From positions 35,502 through 99,501 of the forward strand of contig JBPCLP010000044.1 in NCBI GenBank assembly GCA_051003195.1: a stretch of 64,000 nucleotides of DNA, written 5' to 3'. The position numbers and the translations under genes were made by a program. Shown piece by piece: positions 48,379-58,493 of this stretch. Each line of letters begins with the position of its first letter. Position 1 is the first letter of the stretch. Origin of the DNA: Candidatus Sumerlaeaceae bacterium. Its GTDB lineage: Bacteria > Sumerlaeota > Sumerlaeia > Sumerlaeales > Sumerlaeaceae. Under the pieces are notes generated by a model, which saw only the letters and a list, made by a program, of their open reading frames with translations, made no database searches and had not been told where the DNA came from.

Positions 48379-49232
48379 AGATCGGGAAGTACGATGTTCA
48401 CCTGCTAACTCTGGGTCACTTTCGGATGGATGGCGGCGCGCTTTTTGGCATCGTACCGAAGAAACTCTGGCAACGCGTCTACCCGCACGTGGACGAGGAA
48501 AACCGGGTGCTGATGGCGGCAAAGTGTCTGCTGATTACAGGCGAAGGCGCTGTGGTGGTAGCAGACGCTGGCGTGGGCGAGAAGCTTGAGCCGAAGGCGC
48601 GGGCTATTTTCTGTGTCGAGCAACCGCTTAATGCACTGGAGACGGCATTGCACGCACATGGCGTCGATCCGGCAGATGTGACTCATTTTATCTACACGCA
48701 TCTGCATTTTGACCATGCGGGTGGCGCTACAAAATTGGACGATACCGGAAATGCGGTTTGCGTCTTTCCGAATGCCACACATTTCGTGCAACGGGAGCAA
48801 CTTGCGTGGGCGCGGTCGCCGAGCGACAAGGACCGTGCGAGTTTCGATGCTCGCAACTGGGAATGCGTTGCCCAAAAGGGGCTGCTACAGGAACTGGACG
48901 GCGCGGCGGAAATACTTCCGCATATCTCCGTCAATACGGTGCATGGCCACACGCCGGCAATGCAAATGGTATTAGTGGAGGACAGCACGATCTCCCTGAT
49001 TTACACGATTGATCTCTTTCCGTCCGCGGCGCACCTGCCGGTGCATTACATTGCCGCCTTCGACAACAAGCCGCTCACAGTGATCGATGAAAAACGTGAG
49101 TGTCTCGAATCCGCAGCGGAACGTAATTCGATCATCCTGTTCGGGCACGATCCTGAACTGTCGGGTGTCCAGGTAAAGCGTGCGCCCAAAGGGTGTGAGA
49201 TCGTGAGGCGATTTTCAAATGGGGAACTTTAG
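48375..49232 (+). CDS. MBL-fold metallohydrolase (YtnP-like)
   Basis: DGGALFGIVPK, THLHFDHAGG, GHTP, GHD; ATGA overlap with the upstream gene. Confidence 0.9.
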   Translation: MKIGKYDVHLLTLGHFRMDGGALFGIVPKKLWQRVYPHVDEENRVLMAAKCLLITGEGAVVVADAGVGEKLEPKARAIFCVEQPLNALETALHAHGVDPADVTHFIYTHLHFDHAGGATKLDDTGNAVCVFPNATHFVQREQLAWARSPSDKDRASFDARNWECVAQKGLLQELDGAAEILPHISVNTVHGHTPAMQMVLVEDSTISLIYTIDLFPSAAHLPVHYIAAFDNKPLTVIDEKRECLESAAERNSIILFGHDPELSGVQVKRAPKGCEIVRRFSNGEL

Positions 49233-49571
49233 GCCAGGGCATGTCACTGTCTCGATTGCGGACAGGCAGCACTAGCACCTAAAGTAACCCACTTTCCATT
49301 GGTGCTGATGCGGCAGGTGCTTCGACATGAATTGCCTGCACGGCGACCCGCACGACCAGATAACCGTCCAAGGACAGACGGGCTGTGCAATCGAGTTGCT
49401 GCACCTCGCACAGCGCGCGACAAAGTGACAATCCCAATTGAGGAGACGGCGTAGCGTTCCCGCCTTAGAGAGTGGCGGCGGCGGACGGAGTGGGGTCGAC
49501 GGGTTCACTGGTAAGAAGGTAACCCTAAGTATTACGTATAGATTACGTAACGATGCGCAAATGATTATATC

Positions 49572-50423
49572 TCATTCTTTTGGAGTGGCGCCCAGCCACT
49601 GAATTAATTCTAAGACCAGTGCTGCAGCGGCCTGTGCAGCGGTGACTTGTGGAGGAGGAATTGAGTCGCGGTAGCTCACCAGTAAAGACGTGGTGGAAAG
49701 TCCAGCGTCCTTTAAAAGAGTTAATTCGCGTCTGAGGTCGTCATGCAAGGCAGGCACCCAGGCTGGCTGGGAAGTCACGACATCAAGCGGTGGGGTTTTG
49801 CCTGGCGGCAACTCACGCAGGTCCATAGGTGCCAGCACTACCCTGACATTGTTCAGCCCTGTATCTGAAACCAGAACGTACACGTCTTCTGCGGCGGTAT
49901 CCCCAAGTGCAATACAACCGATGCTCCACCATTTGCCATGGATCATGATATCGCGCCCGAGCGGGAGCTTGCGTCCATCGGCACGAGCCTGACGCCGATC
50001 AAACTCGTTGGGGTAATTGAGTTCCAGCGACAGATGAAATTTACTGTGTGGATTCAGCGAGTTTACGCGGTAAATGCCTTCAGGTACCTGTTCGTCACCT
50101 TCGCACAGCTTTGGCCCGCTTGTCCCGCTGGCGGCGGCGATGGGGTATTGCAGGATGAAGCGCCACTCACCTGTATGGTCCGGTGCGAAAAGCTTGAGCC
50201 GGCGCTCCTGCTTTGTGGCGACAATACGAAGGTTTTTGGGCGGGAACTCAACGTGCTGGCGCTCGAAATAAGGGCGAAGACGCTCGCGTGCGGACTTGCG
50301 GACTTCGGCGGTAAGAACGGTGGACGAGGCAGAAGCTGGGAGATCTTTCGCGATGGCTACAACAGTCGATCCGGCGATGACAAAGCACAGAAGATAAAAA
50401 AGCCGGGAGCGGTCGAAACTCAC
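49572..50423 (-). CDS. L,D-transpeptidase family protein (YafK/DpaA-like)
   Basis: GPKLCEGDEQVPEGIY, SKFHLSLELNYPN, IMIHG..SIGC. Confidence 0.88.
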   Translation of the reverse strand: MSFDRSRLFYLLCFVIAGSTVVAIAKDLPASASSTVLTAEVRKSARERLRPYFERQHVEFPPKNLRIVATKQERRLKLFAPDHTGEWRFILQYPIAAASGTSGPKLCEGDEQVPEGIYRVNSLNPHSKFHLSLELNYPNEFDRRQARADGRKLPLGRDIMIHGKWWSIGCIALGDTAAEDVYVLVSDTGLNNVRVVLAPMDLRELPPGKTPPLDVVTSQPAWVPALHDDLRRELTLLKDAGLSTTSLLVSYRDSIPPPQVTAAQAAAALVLELIQWLGATPKE

Positions 50424-50510
50424 AATCTGTTGTTAGACGTTCATTCTATCGAACAGTTCCTGTCGTCGCACGCCGTAACAGAAAATTTGTCGATTAACTC
50501 GGGCGTGGGG

Positions 50511-51371
50511 CTAAATTTCGTACAACTCCAGAGCCGGCAGGGCGCGCGTAATTGCGAATAGTGCTCCTGCAATGACAAGCGCGAGTAGCGCAATGCCGGC
50601 CCATCGCCACTTGGGTTGATCAGCCGCGCGACTGCGGGATATCGCAGCTAAAACGGTTGGAGCAAGGATGAGCAACAGCGCGGGTGTCCTGGGCAAATAG
50701 GCGAATTCCATTCCCAGAAACACCAGACCCACAAGAACCGGCACCACGACAAACGCAAGTGGTGTAAGAACGAGGTTTCTTTTGGGCAGGAAGATACTCG
50801 CCATGAGCAGCGGTCCCAGCGCGGCGTACATTGCGCCGGCAAGCTGACCGAGCAGCGCAGTACGCGAAAGCACAAGTGCAACGGATACACCGACGCTGAG
50901 AATCAACAGAACTACTATGAACTCCACTGGAGGAAATCGACGTGCCAGCACGTCGTGGTCGACAAGCCATAAGAGCTGCACTCCGAAAAGTATAGCAGCA
51001 GAAGCGAGCGCCGAACCGGCGGATTGCGACTTGAACAGCGGGAACGAGAGCAACGCAGCGACGGTGGCTGCGATGACAACACGCATGCTCCAGACGTACA
51101 CAGGCGTGCCACGTATTGAAACGATGGCCGCACAGAGGAACGCAAACACCGCCACGAAGGGCAGCCAGTGCGTAACGTCTCCGGGAGGGAGCGGCGGCCA
51201 TCCGGAAAGGGATATATGGCCACCCGCATACCCTAGTGCTGCCGCGCCAGCGATGCTCCACCAGGGAAGTTGACGGGCAGAATTACGGCGGAGGCCTGCC
51301 CACCCTGCCGCCAACAGAACTCCGGACAATACGATCGGGATTCCGATTGCCAGCAGGATAGGACCAAGCAT
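50511..51371 (-). CDS. Hypothetical integral membrane protein
   Basis: About 9 hydrophobic segments; WPPLPP..HWLP motif; downstream of the YceI gene. Confidence 0.7.
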   Translation of the reverse strand: MLGPILLAIGIPIVLSGVLLAAGWAGLRRNSARQLPWWSIAGAAALGYAGGHISLSGWPPLPPGDVTHWLPFVAVFAFLCAAIVSIRGTPVYVWSMRVVIAATVAALLSFPLFKSQSAGSALASAAILFGVQLLWLVDHDVLARRFPPVEFIVVLLILSVGVSVALVLSRTALLGQLAGAMYAALGPLLMASIFLPKRNLVLTPLAFVVVPVLVGLVFLGMEFAYLPRTPALLLILAPTVLAAISRSRAADQPKWRWAGIALLALVIAGALFAITRALPALELYEI

Positions 51372-51422
51372 CAGTCAATCACCGGGGCCGACTGAATTCA
51401 AAGCGTGGCGCATCTGAGCGCA

Positions 51423-52022
51423 TTACTGAGTCGGCGGCGCTGTGCCCTGCTTAACGGCTTCGATGCCGACGATTACACCGATTTCGTCACCGAGACCCTG
51501 CATCATGAAGTTCATGCCGTAATCGCTGCGCTTGAACGTGAATGTCGCCTCTCCGCCCGCGATTTCACCCATGCGCGGGTTCTTACCTTTACCAATGAGT
51601 TCCAGCTTCGCCGTAATGGGCCTGGTCACGCCATGAAAGTTCAGGTCACCGGTCACGTCGAGCTGCTTATCGCCGGTTTTTTTCATCGATGTGCTTTTGA
51701 ACGTTATGCTGGGGAACTGCTTTGTGTTTAGAAAGTCGGGACCTTTCACGTGTTCATCGCGCTTTTGATTACCTGAATCCAGGCTGTCCGCTTTAATCTC
51801 GATGTTGATGCTGCCAGTCTCCGGCGCGGCTTCATCCATGCTGATGGTGCCCTGGATATCATTAAAGCGGCCATAGAAGTTCGTCACGTTCATGTGACGT
51901 ATCTTATAAATAACCGATGAGTGGACCGGGTCGACTTTGTATGTCTCGGCGGCGGCGAAGGCGCTGCTGCAGGTAATGACTGCAAGGATTGTGAGAGTGG
52001 AGAACCGACCGTAGTGCCGCAT
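51423..52022 (-). CDS. YceI family polyisoprenoid-binding protein
   Basis: AAGGAG SD; signal peptide; YKVDPVHSSV, KRDEHVKGPDF, HGVTRP, KRSDYGM. Confidence 0.92.
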   Translation of the reverse strand: MRHYGRFSTLTILAVITCSSAFAAAETYKVDPVHSSVIYKIRHMNVTNFYGRFNDIQGTISMDEAAPETGSINIEIKADSLDSGNQKRDEHVKGPDFLNTKQFPSITFKSTSMKKTGDKQLDVTGDLNFHGVTRPITAKLELIGKGKNPRMGEIAGGEATFTFKRSDYGMNFMMQGLGDEIGVIVGIEAVKQGTAPPTQ

Positions 52023-52093
52023 GTTAAGCTCCTTTATATGATCTACCTACGAACCTTAAATCCTAAATGAAGTCGTAGCATCCGAAGTGGACG

Positions 52094-52582
52094 CTATTTA
52101 GAAACCACTTCTGCACCCGTGAGGGCGCGAACCGATTCAAGTAATGCGCAAAGCTTTCCAAGCTCCTCAGGGCGCATGTGAGCAAACTGCTGCTGGTGCA
52201 AAGCGGCCATGGGTTCGTCGATCCTCGAAAGAATCCGCAGCCCGCGTTGAGTAATCCTGGCGAGCACAACACGCCGATCGCTGGTAAGGCGGGTGCGAGC
52301 GACCAGCGCCTTCAGCTCGAGACGATCCAGCAGCCGGGTCACGTCAGGTACACGCGTGATCAGGCGGTCGGAAATCTCCCCACAGGCGAGACCCTTCGCC
52401 CCGGCGCCCCTGAGTATCCGCAGGACATTGTAAGAGGTCGATGAGAGATCGTGTTCCTTCAGGAGATCCCCGGCCTGGGTGGCGAGATGGTCCGCTGTCC
52501 GCAGGATTTGCAGGAAAGCCTCCTGCTCAAGGCTTTGGAAGCCTGTACGGATTTTCAGTTCATTTGCGAGGCGGCTAACCAT
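52094..52582 (-). CDS. MarR family transcriptional regulator
   Basis: YNVLRILRGAG, PDVTRLLDRLE, DRRVV..RITQRG. Confidence 0.9.
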   Translation of the reverse strand: MVSRLANELKIRTGFQSLEQEAFLQILRTADHLATQAGDLLKEHDLSSTSYNVLRILRGAGAKGLACGEISDRLITRVPDVTRLLDRLELKALVARTRLTSDRRVVLARITQRGLRILSRIDEPMAALHQQQFAHMRPEELGKLCALLESVRALTGAEVVSK

Positions 52583-52594
52583 TTCGATCTTCAA

Positions 52595-52622
52595 GTCATT
52601 GTCTGTTGCAACGAGCATTGAC
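52595..52622. promoter_or_regulatory. Candidate MarR operator
   Basis: GTCA-N6-GTTGCAAC-N6-TGAC dyad starting 13 nt upstream of the marR start. Confidence 0.4.
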
Positions 52623-52725
52623 TTTGCAAGAGGATTTACAATTGACGCTTTAAGGCGGCATCTGAAGCCTCCTTCCGGATCAGCTTGTACGCATAACCAC
52701 GACCCAGGAGCCGGCATCCCGAACG

Positions 52726-54138
52726 ATGGTTTTCGACAGCTTCGCGTTTGCTGCGTTTTTCGGGGTCCTCTTCCCGCTCTACCTGCTATGTGATCATAAG
52801 CGGCAGAATCTGCTGCTGCTCGCCGCCAGCTACTTTTTCTATGGCTTCTGGAGCTGGAAGTTCCTGCTGCTGCTTATCGCGACAAACGTCGTGGATTTCT
52901 GGTGCGGCATCGGACTGGAGCATACTGAGAATCCGCGGCTGAGAAAGCTGATTGTGGCGACGACGGTCGTCGCGAACATGAGCGCGCTGTGTTTTTTCAA
53001 GTACTTCAATTTCTTTGCCGCCAACCTCCAGACGCTATTCGGACATTTCGGGCTCACGATTCCCGAATTTGCATTAGAGGTCATTCTGCCTTATGGCATC
53101 TCTTTTTACACGTTCCAGGAGATGACTTACGTCTTTGACGTTTATCGCCGCGACGTGCGGGCAGCGCGTAAATTTACAGACTTCTCGCTCTTTGTTACAT
53201 TCTTTCCACACCTTGTAGCCGGGCCCATCATGCGCGCGGCAAAACTGCTGCCGCAGGTGCTGGAGCCACGCGTGGTCACGATTTCGAAAGTAAGCGAAGG
53301 TTGCTGGCTGTTCTTATGGGGCCTTTATAAAAAGGTGTTCGTGGCAGACAACCTCGCGTTGCTGGTCGATCCAGTGTACCAGAACCCCGGTGCTTATTCG
53401 GGCCCGCAAATCGCGGTCGCAACCTATGCGTTTGCCTTCCAGATCTATGGAGATTTCTCCGGCTATTCTGATATGGCCCGCGGGCTCGGACGTATACTGG
53501 GGTTTGATATTATCTGGAATTTTAACCTGCCCTATTTCAGCGCGAGCCCCTCGGAGTTCTGGAGGCGCTGGCATATCAGTCTTTCGACGTGGCTGCGCGA
53601 TAACCTGTACATTCCGCTGGGGGGGAATCGAAAGGGTCGGGGGCGTGAAATTACCAATCTCATGGTGACGATGACGCTCGGCGGATTGTGGCACGGTGCG
53701 CGTTGGAACTTCATCCTTTGGGGCGTTTACCAGGGGTTGCTCCTGGTGGCAGAACGAGTGTGGCGATTGATGCGCGGCGATGCGCCGGATAAGTGCTCAC
53801 CCATGCGTCGGGCGTTTGCAATTTTTGTGATGTTCCAATTCGTCTGCGTTGGCTGGCTGCTGTTTCGCGCGGAACGCGCACTTGATATTCAGCGCCTGCT
53901 CATTGGGTTACTGCACGGCTGGGACCAGCTTTACCGTGTTGTTCCCATGTTGAAGCTGCTCGTACAGTTCGCCGGATTGCTGGTGGTGCTCGAGACTGTC
54001 ATGTATATCACGTCCAATCGATATGTAATGCAGCGTTGGCCGGTGGTGGTGCGGTTCGCGCTGTATGTGATTCTCTATTTGTGCATCAGCATGGGAGGGC
54101 CGCAGAGTGGCCGACTATTCATCTACTTCCAGTTCTGA
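52726..54138 (+). CDS. MBOAT O-acyltransferase (AlgI/PatA-like)
   Basis: LPYGISFYTFQ, FFPHLVAGPI, DFSGYSD, FWRRWHISLS, GLWHGA, FIYFQF. Confidence 0.93.
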   Translation: MVFDSFAFAAFFGVLFPLYLLCDHKRQNLLLLAASYFFYGFWSWKFLLLLIATNVVDFWCGIGLEHTENPRLRKLIVATTVVANMSALCFFKYFNFFAANLQTLFGHFGLTIPEFALEVILPYGISFYTFQEMTYVFDVYRRDVRAARKFTDFSLFVTFFPHLVAGPIMRAAKLLPQVLEPRVVTISKVSEGCWLFLWGLYKKVFVADNLALLVDPVYQNPGAYSGPQIAVATYAFAFQIYGDFSGYSDMARGLGRILGFDIIWNFNLPYFSASPSEFWRRWHISLSTWLRDNLYIPLGGNRKGRGREITNLMVTMTLGGLWHGARWNFILWGVYQGLLLVAERVWRLMRGDAPDKCSPMRRAFAIFVMFQFVCVGWLLFRAERALDIQRLLIGLLHGWDQLYRVVPMLKLLVQFAGLLVVLETVMYITSNRYVMQRWPVVVRFALYVILYLCISMGGPQSGRLFIYFQF

Positions 54139-55201
54139 GTACGAGGCGTTCGCGTCTGTGCCCCAGAGGCATATGCCCGTTGCGGCCATTGGCGCAGTGC
54201 TCGTTGTCCTTTTGTTCGAGCTGTTTATTCAAACGAACCGATCACGGTTCGAAGATGGAATTGAGGCGAATCTCCACGCGAAACGAGACATTATGCGCAG
54301 TGGAACGGTTCGGGACGACGTTGCAATTTTTGGCGATAGCAAATTTTTCTCCGTCAGGCCAGATGTAGTAAGCACTGCCATTGGCGCGCACACGCAGGCA
54401 AGTAACTACTCGTGGCCGTTTATGGGGATCGAGGCGTACGACGCGATGTTGCGGACGTATTTGCTTTATAAACCGGCGCCAAAACTGATACTGGTAAATG
54501 CGCGGCCGGAGATGACAGGAATGCCGGAACGCTGCAATGCGATGGACGCGGCGCCGGCGCACCGCGTGCGCGCGTATGAGGCACTGCCGCTGCGCACGCT
54601 GTGGGAGACGATCGTCCTCGATAAAAGCTGGTATTTATTGTGGGACCGGATTGCTTATGCCTTACAGCCACCAAGTGCGCAGCACAAGAAGACGGTATGG
54701 CCCGCGGTGAAGCGCCTTATTCGTGGACGCGGGTGGCCTTTACCGACCGAAGACTACGTGCGCATGACTTCCGATTTTAATGCGACGGGTGCCTTCCTTA
54801 TGCATCGCAAGCGCGAGGTGCCGAAAGCGGAAGTGCTGGATCTTGAAAAGCTGCTGGGCCCCTACGGTGTGTACGAGAACAAGCGGCAGGTGGCCGCGTT
54901 TGAAAGATTCCTGACGCGTGCTGAAGATGCAGGTACAACAGTGCTGATGCTGGGAGTACCGATGGCGCCACCACTGCATCAGCGATTCGAAGCAGTGGGT
55001 GCGAACGCGGGATATCTCAGGTTAACAAACAGCTGGCAGCAGAGATTCGCGAATTTTCGGGTGCTGGAGCCGCTTCTGTATACCTACCCCCTCGACCACT
55101 TCGGTGATCCGGGACATGTGAATTTCAAAGGCGATGCACAGTTCCAGAAGGATTACGCATCTGCTTTGAAATCTTTTTCCGGGATGCTTTCCGGGAAGTA
55201 A
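54107..55201 (+). CDS. SGNH-like periplasmic partner of the MBOAT (DUF1574/DltD/AlgJ-like)
   Basis: Overlaps the MBOAT 3' end; TM anchor, FGDSK, DPGHVN. Confidence 0.7.
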   Translation: MADYSSTSSSEYEAFASVPQRHMPVAAIGAVLVVLLFELFIQTNRSRFEDGIEANLHAKRDIMRSGTVRDDVAIFGDSKFFSVRPDVVSTAIGAHTQASNYSWPFMGIEAYDAMLRTYLLYKPAPKLILVNARPEMTGMPERCNAMDAAPAHRVRAYEALPLRTLWETIVLDKSWYLLWDRIAYALQPPSAQHKKTVWPAVKRLIRGRGWPLPTEDYVRMTSDFNATGAFLMHRKREVPKAEVLDLEKLLGPYGVYENKRQVAAFERFLTRAEDAGTTVLMLGVPMAPPLHQRFEAVGANAGYLRLTNSWQQRFANFRVLEPLLYTYPLDHFGDPGHVNFKGDAQFQKDYASALKSFSGMLSGK

Positions 55202-55231
55202 GCAGTGATCCGTTGAACAACCCGGGCGAAC

Positions 55232-55999
55232 CTATCCGGCGTTAGCGAGCGCGAGCACCTCGTCCTTTAAGCGGCCGTTGGTGCTGATGGCGCAGCCCCC
55301 ATAGACAGTGGCGTTGCCGTGATAATCGGTGAAGCTGCCGCCCGCTTCCTCTAGAATGGGAAGAAGGGCGGCGCAATCCCAGGGATTCATGATGGGGTCT
55401 ACCATCACGTCGGCGCGTCCAGTGGCGACAAGGAGATGGCCATAGCAGTCGCCCCACGTACGTACTATCCGTGCAAGATCCGAAATCCTGTCCCATGCCC
55501 CGCCATGGCCATGCTTGTGGTTATTTCTAATATCAGTCGTAAGTACCAGTGCATCCTGCACGCGTGTGACGCTGCTGACATGGGCGTGTTTGCCATTCCA
55601 GAAACATCCATGCCCGCGCTCAGCCACGACCAGGTCGCCCAGAGCCGGGATGTTCACCGCGCCCGCGACCATCTGTCCCTTCTCCTCGATCCCGATCATC
55701 ACGCCGTAAAGCGGCACGCCATGGATAAAAGACTTCGTGCCGTCGATAGGATCGACAATCCAACGGCGGGCGCCTTCTGCGCCAGCACCTTCGCCGAACT
55801 CCTCACCAATGACCACATCGTCGGGGAACATCCGTGCGACCTCTCTTCGGATGAACTGCTCGGTCTCTCGATCAGCGATTGTAACTGGGCTGTCGTCTGT
55901 TTTCGTTTCGATGGTGAGGTTATCCACCTGGAAATAACCAAGGGTCACGTGGCCAGCACGGCGCGCCAGATCGGTGAGCGTATCGATGAGTGCAGACAT
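55232..55999 (-). CDS. hisN: Inositol monophosphatase family, probable histidinol-phosphatase
   Basis: SPVTIADR, GEEFG, WIVDPIDGTKSF, RTWGDCYG, WDCAA. Confidence 0.8.
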   Translation of the reverse strand: MSALIDTLTDLARRAGHVTLGYFQVDNLTIETKTDDSPVTIADRETEQFIRREVARMFPDDVVIGEEFGEGAGAEGARRWIVDPIDGTKSFIHGVPLYGVMIGIEEKGQMVAGAVNIPALGDLVVAERGHGCFWNGKHAHVSSVTRVQDALVLTTDIRNNHKHGHGGAWDRISDLARIVRTWGDCYGHLLVATGRADVMVDPIMNPWDCAALLPILEEAGGSFTDYHGNATVYGGCAISTNGRLKDEVLALANAG

Positions 56000-56041
56000 T
56001 GGCAAATCTTTCAGGTAAAATGCAGCGCGCACAAGCGCGAG

Positions 56042-56611
56042 CTATCGTCTTTTCAGAAACCGTGCTGCGGCGAGGTCAAGTGCCGGGCGGGGGCGTGTAG
56101 CGCCGGCTTCTTTTTGTAACGAAGCAACGACCATCTGCGAGTAGCGAAACGAATGCGCATGACAAATTGCCACCGCAAGAGCATCGGCGGCGTGATTGGT
56201 CGCAGGCATCTGCTCCAGGTTCAACAGTACCTTCACCATGCGCTCGATCTGGCCTTTTTTCGCTGCGCCATGGCCAGTAACCGCCTGCTTGATCTGCTGG
56301 GGTGTATATTCCGCCAGCGGCAGCTTTGCCTTAGCCGTGGCAAGGATCGCCACTCCACGCCCTTCTCCGACGGCCATTGCGCTCTTCACATTGACGCTGA
56401 AAAAAAGCTGCTCGACGCAGGCGACCTCAGGATGATACTTTTCAATTATCAAAACGAGTTCATCATAGATCTGCTGTAAACGCTGCGGCAACGGGACAGA
56501 GGGGCTCGTGACAACACAGCCGCTGGTGAGCAGCACGGAACGTTGTCCGTCGTGGTCTATCACACCATAACCCGTGTTTGCCAGGCCTGGATCGATCCCA
56601 AGAATTCGCAT
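56042..56611 (-). CDS. ruvC: Holliday junction resolvase RuvC
   Basis: ILGIDPG, VEQLFF, EYTP..IK.AVTG.G.A.K, HAADALAVAICH. Confidence 0.95.
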   Translation of the reverse strand: MRILGIDPGLANTGYGVIDHDGQRSVLLTSGCVVTSPSVPLPQRLQQIYDELVLIIEKYHPEVACVEQLFFSVNVKSAMAVGEGRGVAILATAKAKLPLAEYTPQQIKQAVTGHGAAKKGQIERMVKVLLNLEQMPATNHAADALAVAICHAHSFRYSQMVVASLQKEAGATRPRPALDLAAARFLKRR

Positions 56612-56722
56612 CGTAGTCAGGTCTCATCTTCGTCTGCCGGTTGCGAGAGAAAAGCGACGGCGCCATGTCTTCGGAAAAGTTTGAGGTCGTGTATTGGCAA
56701 GAGGGTTTATGCGGGTGTGAGT

Positions 56723-58426
56723 ATGTCATATCGAGCAAAATGGTCGTGGTACGTCGCGCTGCTCGCGATGGTTTATGCGGGCGCGGGCCTTCTGCTGGCA
56801 GATGTTGGAATTACCACAGGTCTCGATATGGACCGCTACGCGTTTATGGAAAGCCTGGTGGAGCGCGGCAGCTATTCTGTAGATGGGTCGAGCTTTCAAA
56901 GCATCGATCGGATCCGCGTCGGCGAACGCTTCTATTCGGGGAAGCCTCCACTGCTCAACTTCCTGGGTGCGGGAATGTATGGGCTGTTGTTTCATGCGCT
57001 GCACTGGAGCTTTTCTACCCGGCCGGAGGCGGTTGTGCGGACACTAATTGGAGTTTTCGTGTCGCTCCCAATATGCATAACGCTAGTCCTCTTCTTTCGT
57101 GTTCTGAGCCGTCCGTTCGGGAATGTAAGCGGACAACTGGAGGCGCTGCACGAACACCAAAGGATTAGATTTGCGGTCATTGCGACGGTACTTCTGGCGG
57201 TGGGATCACTATTTCCGCCGTACACCAGGGTATTCACGAATCATCCGCTGGCGGCATTATTGCTGCTGGGAGCATTTGCGACAGCACTGAAACCATGGTC
57301 GATTCGCAACGGGCTGCTCGTGGGTATATTTGCCGGGTTTTCAGCCGCTATCGATCTTCTACCCGGCTGCTTCTTTGTGCTGGGGTTGGGCGCCTCTTGC
57401 CTGGCAGGTATGAAGTCAGGCTCTGTGCGAAAGGATTCGCATGTAAAATTTGTGAGCGGGTTGACGGTCGGAGCGGCTATCCCTGCGGCAGTTCACTTGT
57501 TTCTCAACTGGATTACATTGGGCACGTGGCTGACATCCTACTTTGTTAAAGGCGCATTCGAATATCCGGGGACTGCATGGCAGGAGGCCATCAACCCCGA
57601 CTACGACCATTTCCCGGGTTATTTTTCGGCACTCTATCATTACACGTTAGGGCATCGGAGCTCGCTGCTGCTTGTTCCATTGGCCTTCTGGGGTGCGGTG
57701 CATTTGATGCACGTGGTGGCGGGTCGCGCTGCACGGATGGAGTCCCGCGCTGGCACATCTGCTGCCGTATGCGCATTGGTCGGGCTGGTTGTGCTGGTGC
57801 CGTTGTTCTCGGTGGGGCTGGCGGGCGCATCGTATGGTAATCGGCATCTGCTTCCGGTACTGCCGCTGCTGTATGCGTACCTGCCGCACGAATGGCTGGT
57901 TGGCAGATCTCTCATGCGACGCGCAGGATTTGCAGCCACGGCTCTATGGAGCACCGGAATCGGGCTGCTCGGCGCTCTTTCGCCGTGGACTCAATACACG
58001 ATGAGCGTCTATGCGCCGCTGGACGTTGCTGCGGAACAACTTGCGAGGCAGGGACGCAGCAGAGCCGCTGAGTGGATCGTCAACCATACTGCGCCCAACC
58101 CTGCCATGGGTTACCAGGAACTCGGCAACCGACACTGGAAGTACGGTTTTGCCGTAGAGGCCCTTGCGGATCATCAGATGGCTCTTAAAATCCAACCGCG
58201 CAGGGGTCCGTCCCTTTTCGCAGGCGGATTTATCGCACGGCAGTTGGGCAATGCCGAAGTATCTGTGGCGATGCTAAAGCGTCTTGTTGACCAGGAGCCT
58301 GATAATCCGGCCGCCTGGAACGAGTTGGCGAAGAGCTATGAACTGGCCGGAAACGCAGAGGAAGCTGCGAGCTGTCGCAAGAGCGCTGCGGGCCTGAGAG
58401 CCGCTTTTGGCAACAGCTCTCGTTGA
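56723..58426 (+). CDS. GT-C-like membrane protein with C-terminal TPR
   Basis: FYSGKPP, FTNH, YGNRHLLP; multiple TM segments; TPR-like tail (PDNPAAWNELA). Confidence 0.65.
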   Translation: MSYRAKWSWYVALLAMVYAGAGLLLADVGITTGLDMDRYAFMESLVERGSYSVDGSSFQSIDRIRVGERFYSGKPPLLNFLGAGMYGLLFHALHWSFSTRPEAVVRTLIGVFVSLPICITLVLFFRVLSRPFGNVSGQLEALHEHQRIRFAVIATVLLAVGSLFPPYTRVFTNHPLAALLLLGAFATALKPWSIRNGLLVGIFAGFSAAIDLLPGCFFVLGLGASCLAGMKSGSVRKDSHVKFVSGLTVGAAIPAAVHLFLNWITLGTWLTSYFVKGAFEYPGTAWQEAINPDYDHFPGYFSALYHYTLGHRSSLLLVPLAFWGAVHLMHVVAGRAARMESRAGTSAAVCALVGLVVLVPLFSVGLAGASYGNRHLLPVLPLLYAYLPHEWLVGRSLMRRAGFAATALWSTGIGLLGALSPWTQYTMSVYAPLDVAAEQLARQGRSRAAEWIVNHTAPNPAMGYQELGNRHWKYGFAVEALADHQMALKIQPRRGPSLFAGGFIARQLGNAEVSVAMLKRLVDQEPDNPAAWNELAKSYELAGNAEEAASCRKSAAGLRAAFGNSSR

Positions 58427-58493
58427 GTAAAAACCTTTATAACGCTGACGGCGCGTCAAACCTGTGAGGCTTGGACTCTCACGATGGTCGGAA

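Noticed and set aside
53803..53817. 15-bp identity (ATGCGTCGGGCGTTT) with the pilin start at 24179
   Set aside because: A single short match inside unrelated coding sequence (both read MRRAF); consistent with chance.
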